Part shown: positions 9,446 to 19,439 of the stretch, piece by piece
Position numbering within the stretch: position 1 is the first letter of the stretch
Layout of the letters: the number at the start of each line of letters is the position of its first letter
Assembly: GCA_963794945.1 (NCBI GenBank)
Contig: CAWCFT010000017.1
Span: forward strand, 32,001 to 96,000
Direction of reading: 5' to 3'
DNA length: 64,000 nt
DNA from: Endomicrobiales bacterium
GTDB lineage: Bacteria > Elusimicrobiota > Endomicrobiia > Endomicrobiales > CAWCFT01
Position numbers and translations under genes: made by a program
Notes under the pieces: model-generated
Databases searched by the model: none
What the model saw: the letters and a program-made list of their open reading frames with translations, nothing else
What the model was told of the DNA's origin: nothing

Positions 9446-10279
9446 TCAATCAATATCAAAACGCGCGCCCAGGGTTATTCGGGTTTCTTTAATTTGAAAA
9501 AATTGTCCGTAATATTCCGGGCCTGTTGTATACTCTAAAAAATATGTGATGCCCCTGCCAAATATAGGATTTACACCCATTTTTATTCCGATCTGCGAGT
9601 TGAACTGAGGTATATACGTTGTTCTTTCCCACCACTGAACGTCATTGGCCCAGTAGGCACGCGAATTAGGATTATTAAAAATACGGGGAGTTATCTCGAC
9701 GCCGGATTGATAAGCCCGCGTTTTTTGATCCGGCGGAGTAACCGCCAGGTTATACGTATACCCGCTGTACAAACGCAAAGCAGGGATGAAGTCGTAAGAT
9801 AAAAGCAATCGCAGGCTGTTCCATGAGACATTATTGCCAAACTGCCCGGTCTCACGGATGTAGTCGTCCCCAAGGTGAGAACTGCAATGATAAAACATAA
9901 ACCGGCTTGACCATTTGCCTATACGCACATCGAGCGGGACATTTCCATAGAAGTCTACAACTTGAAGGTCCTTGTTATACGAGAAGTTGAAACGCGCAAA
10001 TATCCCACCGCCGATATCCAACTGCATTGCGCCGATACCGTTAGGCAGCGCCCAGCGGTAAATCCCATAATAGTGGCCGACCGCCACTTCTGCGGCCGTA
10101 ACTTCTTTCTGGGGATATGCCATGCGCAAAGCAAAATGCAATTCCCGAGGGTCTCCAAGAAGCGGAGCGAAAAGCTCATCCGTGCGAGGGGCCATCCCGG
10201 ATTGAAACTGCGGCTGATCCTCCGCCCGGACAGAAACGGCGAGAGCGGCTAACACACATAATAATAGGATCTTTTTCAT
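9446..10279 (-). CDS. DUF1207-like secreted / outer membrane protein
   Basis: Signal peptide; FAPLLGDPR and YHCSSHLGDDY motifs. Confidence 0.65.
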   Translation of the reverse strand: MKKILLLCVLAALAVSVRAEDQPQFQSGMAPRTDELFAPLLGDPRELHFALRMAYPQKEVTAAEVAVGHYYGIYRWALPNGIGAMQLDIGGGIFARFNFSYNKDLQVVDFYGNVPLDVRIGKWSSRFMFYHCSSHLGDDYIRETGQFGNNVSWNSLRLLLSYDFIPALRLYSGYTYNLAVTPPDQKTRAYQSGVEITPRIFNNPNSRAYWANDVQWWERTTYIPQFNSQIGIKMGVNPIFGRGITYFLEYTTGPEYYGQFFQIKETRITLGARFDID

Positions 10280-10327
10280 ATCGATTGTAATACCGAGAAC
10301 TCAACTGATCTTTTCAAACAATGAACT

Positions 10328-10816
10328 CTATTGCCCCGACAATATAATTTTTGTTTTTTCAATTATTTCAGAAGCTATTTTGTCTGATTTTTCAATTTTT
10401 GAGCTTGCCTGATTTTTATCTGAAGCTAGATAATCGCCCACAGCATTTAAAAGAACTATTCTTTTTTGAACACTTTCATCAGCCTGGACTTCCACGCTTC
10501 TATCTTTGTTTTTGTCCTCAACAAAATTGACTATTATTATTGCCCCGTATTGATTTGCCTGCATGCCTTCAAGGTTTGTTCCCGTGGCGAGTTTGACGTA
10601 ATTGCCGTCCGTTTCCAATATTTGCTTAACCTTTAATATCACCGGGTCATTTAACTTGTTTTTATTGGACACTATAAGCACTTTGGCGGAATAATCTACG
10701 TCTCCTGCGGCATCTGTCATTCCAAGCCCTGCCGCTGAAACATATATGGGGCAAACATGCAATATGCCAGTAATTAGCATGCCGCAAAGCTGCCTGTAGT
10801 TCATATAGTTAATCAT
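10328..10816 (-). CDS. Hypothetical protein
   Basis: ORF with GAGGAG RBS, within the co-directional gene run. Confidence 0.55.
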   Translation of the reverse strand: MINYMNYRQLCGMLITGILHVCPIYVSAAGLGMTDAAGDVDYSAKVLIVSNKNKLNDPVILKVKQILETDGNYVKLATGTNLEGMQANQYGAIIIVNFVEDKNKDRSVEVQADESVQKRIVLLNAVGDYLASDKNQASSKIEKSDKIASEIIEKTKIILSGQ

Positions 10817-10863
10817 TTTTATTCTCCTCGAGCATATTACAATCGGATCATTTCTCACACATA

Positions 10864-11271
10864 TCACATCCGATTGTTTGGGTTTGAACTGGGTATAACT
10901 TTTATGGACTCATGAATATCGCCAACATCTTTGCCGTCCCGCGTTCTCGCGCCCGTAAGGATTATTTCCGCTGTTCCACTATCATTTGCATTCGGGAAGG
11001 AATAAGATACTTTACACTTGTATTTACCGTCCCAGTAGGCAGGGAACACCAGGTCATTGTCATCCGTCATTTTAAAATGCACATAAGCGCTGACAGTCGT
11101 ATCCATAGGCACATTAAAGACGAACGAGAATGTGGTCATGACCTCAGGCTGGATAGATGCAGGATTCGCTGAAAAACTGCTCAACTCCTGCGGCTGTTCT
11201 TGTGAATACATCACCATCGCGGCAAACGCAGATATAATGAATAAAACTAAAACAACTCTTAATATTTTCAT
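10864..11271 (-). CDS. Hypothetical secreted protein
   Basis: Signal peptide followed by a beta-rich region. Confidence 0.6.
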   Translation of the reverse strand: MKILRVVLVLFIISAFAAMVMYSQEQPQELSSFSANPASIQPEVMTTFSFVFNVPMDTTVSAYVHFKMTDDNDLVFPAYWDGKYKCKVSYSFPNANDSGTAEIILTGARTRDGKDVGDIHESIKVIPSSNPNNRM

Positions 11272-11290
11272 AAGAAGCGCATCCTGTTGT

Positions 11291-12718
11291 TTACTTTGGC
11301 GCAGGCACTGAACCTGCGTAAAACACTTCGCACTTTCCTCTAGTTAAGAGCTCCTTTCCGTTCTTGAAAAGATTAAGCGCCGGCCCCGCGAGCGATACCA
11401 GGAATAACGGTTTCTCCACGACCGGTTTTTGGATGGAGCCGTGCATTTTCTGCTTAACTTTGGCGCACCCTTTTGCGTCTATCAGCGCTATGGTAACATC
11501 TTCAAACCGTTCTTCGGCGAAATTGACTCCTCCTTTTAGAGCGACCCTGTTATGTTTTGTCGAAAAGGCCACGTCTTTAGCCTGTGCTATTCCGTGTTCT
11601 ATCTTCCAATTTGAATAAAGCTTGCCAATACCGCTGCTGCCACCCGACCCTTTCAGTACGTTCGCGAAGTTATACCCTTTCATAGCGGCAAGGCCGAGCG
11701 GGCCGGTGAAAAAGTAAGCGCCCACATCCCATAGATTGAAGTTTTGGCTGGATTGATAGCGGGCAAACTCCCTGTCCAGGTCATGGCCGTAAAGCGTGAG
11801 GTTTTCGCCGCTCAGCGAGACCTCGCCTTCAGCAGACTGCTTTAACTCCTTTGCGGTATTTCCGCTCATCGTCAAGCCTGCGGAGAAGTCCATAGCTCCT
11901 TCAGCTACCTTCGCTGAAGACAGAGTTTTGAAGTAATCTTCTATCTTGAACTTTGCCAACGATGCACTGACAGTATAATGAGGAACTGGGCGAGCAAGGT
12001 CCGCCACTATATTCCCCGAACCCTGACCTTCGAAAACCTGTGTCTTGACCGGATCGAAAGCGAATATGCCATCCTTGCCGTTGCATCTAAACTTCACATC
12101 CGATAAAATAAAGTCCTGCGTCCGGATCTCCCGGCAGGCAAATTCTGCTTTAAAGGAAAGCTTCTTCAAAAACTCAGCCCTGTTTTCCCCCGCGATCCGT
12201 AAATCACGCAGGCTCAGATCGAAGTTCTCCGCTTCGAAACCTTGCCCTGAGCGCTCGTCCACAAAGAAAAATCTTCCGTTATAAATAGAAATGCCGTCAA
12301 GAACCGCCGCCGTGATCGCCCCTTTGGCATTTTCCCGCTGTTCGAAATTAAATTGACCATCACGGCCCATTTTCACATAGACCACGGGCCGCATCAGCCT
12401 GATATCGCTGATAAGGGCCTCCATTTTCAACAATGGCAGTAGCGCCGGCTTCAGGTATGCTTCTTGCGCGGAAACAATGTCCACGCCCCGGTTCCTTATG
12501 CGCAAATCATGAAGTTTAACTTTCAAGACAGGGAAGATATAAATCCCCAGCCTTCCTCCAACACGCACATCCATCCCCAGCGCTTCCGATGCGGCTTTTT
12601 CTATCCAGGATTTGTAGACGCTTGTATTGACAAAAAAATACAGCGCAACAGAGATTATGATCAGCAGCCCGGCAAGCGAAACCAGAGCGAAGATAATTCC
12701 CTTAAATAGTCTTGACAT
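11291..12718 (-). CDS. AsmA-family protein
   Basis: N-terminal TM, ...ASEALGMDVRVGG..., DGQFNF, beta-rich body. Confidence 0.8.
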   Translation of the reverse strand: MSRLFKGIIFALVSLAGLLIIISVALYFFVNTSVYKSWIEKAASEALGMDVRVGGRLGIYIFPVLKVKLHDLRIRNRGVDIVSAQEAYLKPALLPLLKMEALISDIRLMRPVVYVKMGRDGQFNFEQRENAKGAITAAVLDGISIYNGRFFFVDERSGQGFEAENFDLSLRDLRIAGENRAEFLKKLSFKAEFACREIRTQDFILSDVKFRCNGKDGIFAFDPVKTQVFEGQGSGNIVADLARPVPHYTVSASLAKFKIEDYFKTLSSAKVAEGAMDFSAGLTMSGNTAKELKQSAEGEVSLSGENLTLYGHDLDREFARYQSSQNFNLWDVGAYFFTGPLGLAAMKGYNFANVLKGSGGSSGIGKLYSNWKIEHGIAQAKDVAFSTKHNRVALKGGVNFAEERFEDVTIALIDAKGCAKVKQKMHGSIQKPVVEKPLFLVSLAGPALNLFKNGKELLTRGKCEVFYAGSVPAPK

Positions 12719-12750
12719 ACTAGTTCCTGTTTATTTAACGATTTTGAACT

Positions 12751-12900
12751 TTACAGCGCCTTGCGGCCCTGGATGACGCGAATCAGTACTATCACTATAG
12801 CGATAACCAACAGAACATGAATGAATCCGCCCATCGTGTACGAGCTGACCAATCCTAATAGCCACAAGATCAACAATACAACTGCTATAGTCCAAAGCAT
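12751..12900 (-). CDS. lmo0937-family (DUF5670) small membrane protein
   Basis: Manual translation MLWTIAVVLLILWLLGLVSSYTMGGFIHVLLVIAIVIVLIRVIQGRKAL; GGAGGAG RBS. Confidence 0.85.
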   Translation of the reverse strand: MLWTIAVVLLILWLLGLVSSYTMGGFIHVLLVIAIVIVLIRVIQGRKAL

Positions 12901-12942
12901 ATACTCCTCCCTGTTGACATTTTTTTACCTGAAACTTAAAAG

Positions 12943-13305
12943 CTATTCTCTCCCGTGTTCGCCGCCCCCGCCTCCTCTATCGTTTTGCTGTCCTCCTCCC
13001 CCACCACGCTCGCCGCCGCCCCGCTCCCCATTCTCCGGGCCCCTTTCTCCGCCGCGTTCTACATTATTATTATTCTGTTGGCCCTTTTCAAAATTGCCTG
13101 CCTGGCCTGCATTTTGCCCACCGCCTCTTTGCATATTTTTCGGCCTGGCCGGGCGCCCTTTCCACTCCTGGTAACGTATGTGTTTCGCCCGCGCATATTT
13201 TGCCGTATTTCCGAAGCCTTCGCCCGCCTTATCGGCTGAATTTACCGATCCTGCCGTAAGCGCGGAAACCGTTTTATCGGTATCAATGGCCATAATAGTA
13301 TTCAT
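12943..13305 (-). CDS. Gly/Arg/Glu-rich hypothetical protein
   Basis: ORF with low-complexity ERGGG repeats. Confidence 0.45.
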   Translation of the reverse strand: MNTIMAIDTDKTVSALTAGSVNSADKAGEGFGNTAKYARAKHIRYQEWKGRPARPKNMQRGGGQNAGQAGNFEKGQQNNNNVERGGERGPENGERGGGERGGGGGQQNDRGGGGGEHGRE

Positions 13306-13315
13306 GTGACTGCCT

Positions 13316-14119
13316 TTAACAACTCTTGACACTGACGGACAAGGATAATTTGATCAGTTTTTCACAAACGATCATATCATTAACAACATCCGTTACGCCT
13401 TTCACGTCGCTCGTAAGTTTCCCCACAAGCGTTTTTTCAGCATCATTCTTCGCCTTACCCTGTAACGTGACCACTCCATCATTAGTTCTTACCCGGGTTT
13501 TGATAGCGCTGGTCGAGCGGTGAAGCAGAAGCGCCATCTTTACCTGGGCCGTTATTGAAGCGTCATCAATTTTCTCGCTTATCGTTTCTTTCGTATTACT
13601 GGGATTACCGGCCACCGTCATATCGTTTTTAACGTTCTTGACACCTGCGACGTCGCTGGCATATTCGGTTGTTAATTCCTTTTGTGCCTGGCTCGAGGCT
13701 TCGCCGCTCAAAGCCACTATCCCGTTCCTCACGTTCACGTCCGTCTTGGTCGCCCTTACGTTGCTATGGAACAGGAGCACCGTCTTAACTTTCAGCGCGA
13801 TCCAACCATCCGAATTCTCAGCCGGCTGCTCGCCTTTGAAAACCAGTTGATCGTCCACACTTTTCACTCCCGGTAGGCTTGCCACGGTCTCCCGGGCCAA
13901 TGCTTTGTGCGACTCTTCCCTGACAGTCCCTTTCAATGTGACGATACCGTTCTTCGACTGAACGCTGACACTGTCATCCTTGAGATATGTCTTAAATACA
14001 TACGAATCCCTGGCCGACGATTCAATGCGCGAATCCGTTTCAGAAGCCCGCACGGATACCCCTGCCAATAAAACAATTGCCATTAAAGCGGCGAACAATC
14101 TTGTTAATTTTGTCTTCAT
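13316..14119 (-). CDS. BON-domain protein (OsmY-like, three BON domains)
   Basis: Signal peptide; three repeats with GIVTLKG / GIVALSG / GVVTLQG; DDASITAQVK. Confidence 0.9.
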   Translation of the reverse strand: MKTKLTRLFAALMAIVLLAGVSVRASETDSRIESSARDSYVFKTYLKDDSVSVQSKNGIVTLKGTVREESHKALARETVASLPGVKSVDDQLVFKGEQPAENSDGWIALKVKTVLLFHSNVRATKTDVNVRNGIVALSGEASSQAQKELTTEYASDVAGVKNVKNDMTVAGNPSNTKETISEKIDDASITAQVKMALLLHRSTSAIKTRVRTNDGVVTLQGKAKNDAEKTLVGKLTSDVKGVTDVVNDMIVCEKLIKLSLSVSVKSC

Positions 14120-14169
14120 TTTAATCTCCTTTTTTACGCTGACGATCTGACTTTCACATGTTGCCCGGT

Positions 14170-14625
14170 CTAGTTCACTATGATCTCAAAAACAACCCTC
14201 CTGTTGGCCTTCGCTTGCCATGCGTCAATGTTTTTGGGTATAGGCACATACGCGGCAGGTTTCGCTTCGCCATATTTGATCTCTGTTATCCTGCCCGGCG
14301 CGATATTTCCCGCTATAAGTATTTTCTTAATGGTATTTACCCTTCTTTCGCTTAACTTTTTATTGAACTCTTCATCTACCGAAGCTAAAGTGTATCCCGC
14401 GATGCGGATCTTAACTTCAGGATTTTCATACAACTCATTAATATTCCGTATCATCGCCCTCTCACCTTTTCTTGTAAGCATGTCCGTGTCCTTCTTAAAA
14501 TGCGCGTCCTCAAGTATCATGAGTTTATCCAGAACGACAACTTTAGGTTCCTGGACTGTTGCGCAGCCCTGAAACATTGCAAACCCGCAAACGATCAACA
14601 CCGACAACGCAATAAAATTTTTCAT
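14170..14625 (-). CDS. OmpA-like peptidoglycan-binding lipoprotein
   Basis: Lipobox-like QGC; NKKLSERR, YGEAKP and ANRRV motifs. Confidence 0.85.
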   Translation of the reverse strand: MKNFIALSVLIVCGFAMFQGCATVQEPKVVVLDKLMILEDAHFKKDTDMLTRKGERAMIRNINELYENPEVKIRIAGYTLASVDEEFNKKLSERRVNTIKKILIAGNIAPGRITEIKYGEAKPAAYVPIPKNIDAWQAKANRRVVFEIIVN

Positions 14626-14743
14626 AAATTACCCTCTGGTATAATATTTTTACACCTGACCCGGTTTAAACACACATGACACTTTATTGAAGACTAATCT
14701 TGTTGATATATCCGTGTAATCTGTTTTAATAACCTGTGTAATC

Positions 14744-14772
14744 AAGACCGTTGAGATTTTCATCAACGGTCT
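14744..14772. terminator. Hairpin / probable terminator after csbD-like gene
   Basis: AGACCGTTGA...TCAACGGTCT inverted repeat next to the stop codon. Confidence 0.5.
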
Positions 14773-14952
14773 CTATTTCCCAAATACCTTCTTGACTTGG
14801 CCGATCTTCTCCTGAATTTTGCCGGCTATCTCTTCGGCTTTGCCCCTGACTTCCAACTCAGCGTCATCGGTTATTATCCCGGCAATTTCCTTGAGCTTTC
14901 CCTTCGTTTTGTGAAACCTGCCTTCCGCCTGGTCCTGCCTGCTTGATTTCAT
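14773..14952 (-). CDS. CsbD-family stress protein
   Basis: Manual translation MKSSRQDQAEGRFHKTKGKLKEIAG...AGKIQEKIGQVKKVFGK; AGGAG RBS. Confidence 0.85.
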   Translation of the reverse strand: MKSSRQDQAEGRFHKTKGKLKEIAGIITDDAELEVRGKAEEIAGKIQEKIGQVKKVFGK

Positions 14953-15045
14953 TGTAATCTCCTTTGTGCTTTTGTTACTTACAACTATATTAGTTCCATA
15001 CCCCTCTGTGTATCGGCTGATTCCTCATATTACTGACCTATTACT

Positions 15046-15412
15046 TTAACACGCCTTATTTATCAAATAGATCAGTTCCTGGCCGTTTATCGGTTTTTGG
15101 AAAAATCCCAATGCCCCGATTTTTAAAGCCTTTTCCCTTAACCCTCCGTTCTTGTCAGCCGTGATGATGATGACGGAACGTTTTGACCCAGATTTAATGA
15201 GCTGTTTCAATGTTTCCCACCCGTCCATGCCAGGCATATGTATGTCCAGTATCAAACAGCCTTGAACGCTGTCCGGAACTTCGCTGAAGAATTTCTCAGC
15301 CGAAAGAAAGACGGTTACTTCCACATCAAAAGTAGCTAACAAATATTTGAGCGCGCGGCCTACCCGACTCATCGTCATCAATAATAAATACACGCTTTAT
15401 TTCTTTGTGCAT
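15046..15412 (-). CDS. Single-domain response regulator (FixJ-like receiver), frameshifted near 15363
   Basis: CLILDIHMPGMDG, FFQKP; upstream frame gives MHKEIKRVFIIDDDES. Confidence 0.85.
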
Positions 15413-15433
15413 TAACTTATCCTTTCCTGGTTA

Positions 15434-15477
15434 GAGTGTACGCTTAACAAAACAATCGGTCAATTGTACCTTGGTAT
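15434..15477 (-). promoter_or_regulatory. Conserved promoter copy 1: TACCAAGGTA palindrome + TTGACC-17-TACACT
   Basis: The 21-mer cggtcaattgtaccttggtat is identical at three sites. Confidence 0.75.
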
Positions 15478-15866
15478 AATAGGCCCGACCCGTTAAAGAT
15501 AGCCCCTACCTGTCGGGGCGAACCCTTAACAGTTAACTCTGAAACATTATGGTTCTTCAGCTTATCGTCATTCTTAGCCGAATACCACATTGATGTGTAT
15601 CCAGCGATGCCCGCGCCCCCACAAATGAAAAAAGACAGATACCTTCTGTATGTCTTTTTTCTTTTGTTTGTGATCTTTTTGGCTCAGTTAGTCATACCAC
15701 GATTTTCGCTTAAGATTATAGTTTCAAGGTAGCTCTTAGATCTCAGTTTAGAGACAAAAATCTCTATTACGATACTGGATAGTCGTCGCGTAATATACCC
15801 TGTTTTGCTTTACATCGAATCTGTGCAACACTTTCCGTGTAAGTTACGCTCTATCGAAAAATCCGG

Positions 15867-16717
15867 TTAAAAAACAATGCCCAAATTCAGGTTTAAAGTG
15901 GAATAGCGGACATCGGCCGAATTGTTGAAAGGGTCGTAATTTCCGGTTGCGTTGTTTAAAATTAAACCGGACTGGCTTATGTGCCGTAATTTACCGTGTA
16001 CAAAAGTTCCAGCTGTACAATATTAAATACCATGCCACCCCCGGCGGCCCAATACAGCCCTCCGCCGAAAGAAGCGTTGTTCCCCGCGAAATCATTGTCC
16101 GCCGAGAACGAATTTCCGCCTATATGCGCGGTTAAATATTTGTAATAGTATCTTTCATCGGGGACTGACCTTACCCTTATTAAACCGTACAGCGGAGTGA
16201 AACTAAAATACCCGTTTTGACTTGTCTGCTTTCGCGGGAATTGCTCTGTAATCCCTATGCCAAGCCCTATCTGGTTGGTGACATAACCGATATATTCGCT
16301 TGTCAGCGTCAATGCGCTTGTGGTATCACTGGCGCCCGACAGCAGAGTCGTGCCGAAATTACCCTGATAATAGCTGCCGCTGTATATATTCAGCTTTCCG
16401 CCAATATCAACCCCCAGTTTGAATACCAGTTCCGTCTGCTTCAGCCTGCGTTCGGTCCTGTAAGGCCGGTAAGAGCCGTCTCTCTCATTATAGCGCGCAC
16501 GCGAATACTCTATCCTGTTTATCTGGTTCGTGTTTATTGATTCTTCCCCGGAGCCTGTTTCAACTGTTACCATGGCGCTGTTTTGTGAGATCACTTTGCA
16601 CTTTAAAGTCTGCCCATCGTTGAAATATATTATGTCGGCGCGCAATGGGGCAATAGCCACCGTGATCAATACCAACGATAGAACTGTGTTCCTGAGCAAC
16701 TGTATTATTCTTTTCAT
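15867..16717 (-). CDS. Outer membrane beta-barrel protein, frameshifted near 15980
   Basis: Signal peptide, beta-strand pattern; the shifted frame ends ...LNLNLGIVF-stop (terminal Phe). Confidence 0.6.
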
Positions 16718-16737
16718 TTTTACCTCCCTCTATTATT

Positions 16738-19221
16738 CTAATCCGGCTTTCGTTTAGCCTCGTCTACTATTTCAACTGTTCTGTTAATTTTCAGATCAAC
16801 GATCAGGGGAAGGTGGTCTGAGGCTATCTTATCCAGGTCTGTCCTTGACACTTCCACGCGCGCCACTTCAAATTCAGGGCTCACAAAAACATGGTCGATC
16901 CTCGCTATCGGATAATGGCTGAAGAAAGTCGCTTTTGGTTTGTGGTCATCAAGCTCTTTCTGAGCGTCGCGAAGGACTTTACTGATGTTAAGGTATAACC
17001 GCGAATAGGGAAAAGAGTTAAGGTCACCGCACAAAATAACCGGCCCATGCCTGTCCGGATGGGCTAACCATTCCGGGCCAAGCAGGGTATTTAAATGGCG
17101 TATCCTTTCCCGCGGGAAAATACCGAGATGAGTATTAAAAAAACTGATCTTCACGCCTTCAATATTGATATCCGCCCAGATACATCCGCGCGGTTCCCTC
17201 TTATGGTTGGTTGTGTTAACGGGCTCGAACCGGCCGGCGCGGATCAATTCCATGGGGTAACGGCTGAGCAGCGCGATGCCGTATTGCTCCTGGCCAACTA
17301 CAACCAGGGGATTAAAACGATACGACATCTCCAGTTCTTTAGCTATCAGGTGAGGCTGGTCAACCCCTCCGGTTCGTTTGCGGCCCATATCCAGCTCCTG
17401 AAGCGCCACGATGTCCGGTTCGTACCGCCCGATGGCGCGAGCGATCCTTTCCGGCGAGACCTTACCGTCAGTTCCGATACAGGAATGCACGTTATATGTC
17501 ATAACCCGGAGCGTGCCCGGGACAGTTTTATTTTTTTCTTTGATCACTGTTTTAAAATATTGTTTTGACTCTTTTAGAGGCTGTCGCTTTAAAAACCGTA
17601 GAACCGCGAACCGCAGGTCTGTCGGAGTTAAATACGTTTGTTCCCGTTTCCTCGGAATAACGTCAATGGGAAGCAAGGCAAAACCATTCGTTTCCTCAAG
17701 GCCGGGCCCCGCGTGCGAACCATGCTCCACGGGAAATGTCATGGGTTTATGCCCGGGCCTGAAACCCATGAAAGTCAGGCCTCCCGCGTCGGGATGATGG
17801 CAAAGGTTTATCAAGTCTTGCGTAAGCTGAGCTAAGTTCGGGTGTCCATCTCCCAATATTTCCTTCGAGTCTTTAGGCAGAGTAAATTCGCCCTGCTCTG
17901 TCCAAACGCGCACTATCCCCTTTTCTTCGGGCAGCATTACAACAGGAATTTCAGCTTTAGCAACTAATTCACGCGCGAACCGGCGCATTTCTTCTTTAGA
18001 CATCTTTCGCGGCAGGTAAATATCTCCCTTCGGCCCAAAAGCCGTAACGACCAGCTTCTTGCCAGGTGAAACGCATTGAGAAGGATGCTCCGCGCAGATG
18101 TTTTTTTTAGTGAATGGAAACCCAAGAAAACCGATGCGCTGAAGCCGTTCCACGTTTTTATCAATATGAAGAAGATCAAACGCCGCGTCAAACCCTTTTA
18201 AAACTTCGGCCACGGCGTCCTCAACATTTTTTTTGTGTTTCACCGCGTAAGAAACGGAATCTTCCTGCCCGTGGTCAGAATAGATCCATACATCGTAACT
18301 GCGGTGCGGGGAATGCAGCGCGTCGCGGTATATCTTCGCTATGGCGCGGTCGATTCCCTGCAAAGACCAATATGCGGCTTTTGAGGAAGGGCCCCGGTTA
18401 TGTGCCACTTCATCGTAACCTATAAGGTTCAAATGGATAATGGGCAAACCCCGCGCGATATCTATTTTAGCCCCCATTGACGCCAGGTCTCTCAAAAGAA
18501 TGCAAATCAACGCGCGGACATAAATAAACTGAAATTCCTTTATAAAATTCTCTTCTTTAAGTATGCCCCTCGCGAAATCAAAAATACCAAATATAAACTC
18601 CAATACTATCAACGCGAAAATACGCGCCATTGACGGCAGATGCGTCAAAGCTAAAATAACGGCATTAAAGGGAGCAACATCTTTCCATAGCTGGCTCAAC
18701 CCTAAAGAAGTGACGCAAAAATGCGACTCCAGGGCGCCGCCCCTGAAAATATTGGAAAACGAACTACCGCCTTCCAAAAGCCCCTGCCCCTGCAGCACCA
18801 GCCTGCGTTCTATCTCAAGCACCGCGTCGCTTTCATACATCCTGAAAACCTTGCCGCTTTCTTTGTCAAAGAACGCAAACCCGGGAACAATTTGTTTAAC
18901 GCCGTAAAACAATTCCCCCTGGACCGAAGGTGTGCTGGCAGGCAGACCCGGGTAATGGTCATGAAGCCGGTAAAAATTATTCTCTATCAGGCCTTTTAAA
19001 AAAGGGGCTTTTTTATCCGCGAACGCTTTGTTCAACTGTTTCCGCGATAACCCGTCTATCTGTATAAGCACGAGCCCGGGCTTGGTCTCCTCCCCTCTTA
19101 TACGCGGAAGGCGCATAAGCCTGGCAGACCATTCACTCAAAGAGAACAGCCTGGGAAGCTTGAAAAAAAATTGTATAATTTCTTCCCCTATCGGTTTTTT
19201 TGAGCCTGCCGTATCAAGCAT
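16738..19221 (-). CDS. Alkaline-phosphatase-superfamily + EEP (endo/exonuclease/phosphatase) fusion protein
   Basis: LIQIDGLS, PASTP, SDHGQ, GSHAG in the N-terminal part; MTYNVH, ALQE, GDLN, IDHVF, SDHLP in the C-terminal part. Confidence 0.85.
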   Translation of the reverse strand: MLDTAGSKKPIGEEIIQFFFKLPRLFSLSEWSARLMRLPRIRGEETKPGLVLIQIDGLSRKQLNKAFADKKAPFLKGLIENNFYRLHDHYPGLPASTPSVQGELFYGVKQIVPGFAFFDKESGKVFRMYESDAVLEIERRLVLQGQGLLEGGSSFSNIFRGGALESHFCVTSLGLSQLWKDVAPFNAVILALTHLPSMARIFALIVLEFIFGIFDFARGILKEENFIKEFQFIYVRALICILLRDLASMGAKIDIARGLPIIHLNLIGYDEVAHNRGPSSKAAYWSLQGIDRAIAKIYRDALHSPHRSYDVWIYSDHGQEDSVSYAVKHKKNVEDAVAEVLKGFDAAFDLLHIDKNVERLQRIGFLGFPFTKKNICAEHPSQCVSPGKKLVVTAFGPKGDIYLPRKMSKEEMRRFARELVAKAEIPVVMLPEEKGIVRVWTEQGEFTLPKDSKEILGDGHPNLAQLTQDLINLCHHPDAGGLTFMGFRPGHKPMTFPVEHGSHAGPGLEETNGFALLPIDVIPRKREQTYLTPTDLRFAVLRFLKRQPLKESKQYFKTVIKEKNKTVPGTLRVMTYNVHSCIGTDGKVSPERIARAIGRYEPDIVALQELDMGRKRTGGVDQPHLIAKELEMSYRFNPLVVVGQEQYGIALLSRYPMELIRAGRFEPVNTTNHKREPRGCIWADINIEGVKISFFNTHLGIFPRERIRHLNTLLGPEWLAHPDRHGPVILCGDLNSFPYSRLYLNISKVLRDAQKELDDHKPKATFFSHYPIARIDHVFVSPEFEVARVEVSRTDLDKIASDHLPLIVDLKINRTVEIVDEAKRKPD

Positions 19222-19439
19222 TGCACCGCCCGCCGACGCGAAACAAACTGATAAAAGTTAGCCACTTTACGATCACCTGTCCTCCATAATATGCGCTGTC
19301 AGATATGTACATTTGGCGGGCTCTGCCGCTAAAAACCCAACAGCAATGTCAACAAAATTGTTTATCCTTTTAGCTACAAAGCTTGCTTTGCACGCTAACA
19401 CCAAGCTCCCTAAATGTTTGCATTTGGTGTTTGAAAGTC

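Noticed and set aside
15481..15625. GC-rich intergenic segment as a possible riboswitch
   Set aside because: No riboswitch consensus recognised; it lies upstream of the promoter rather than in the leader. An Rfam search would settle it.
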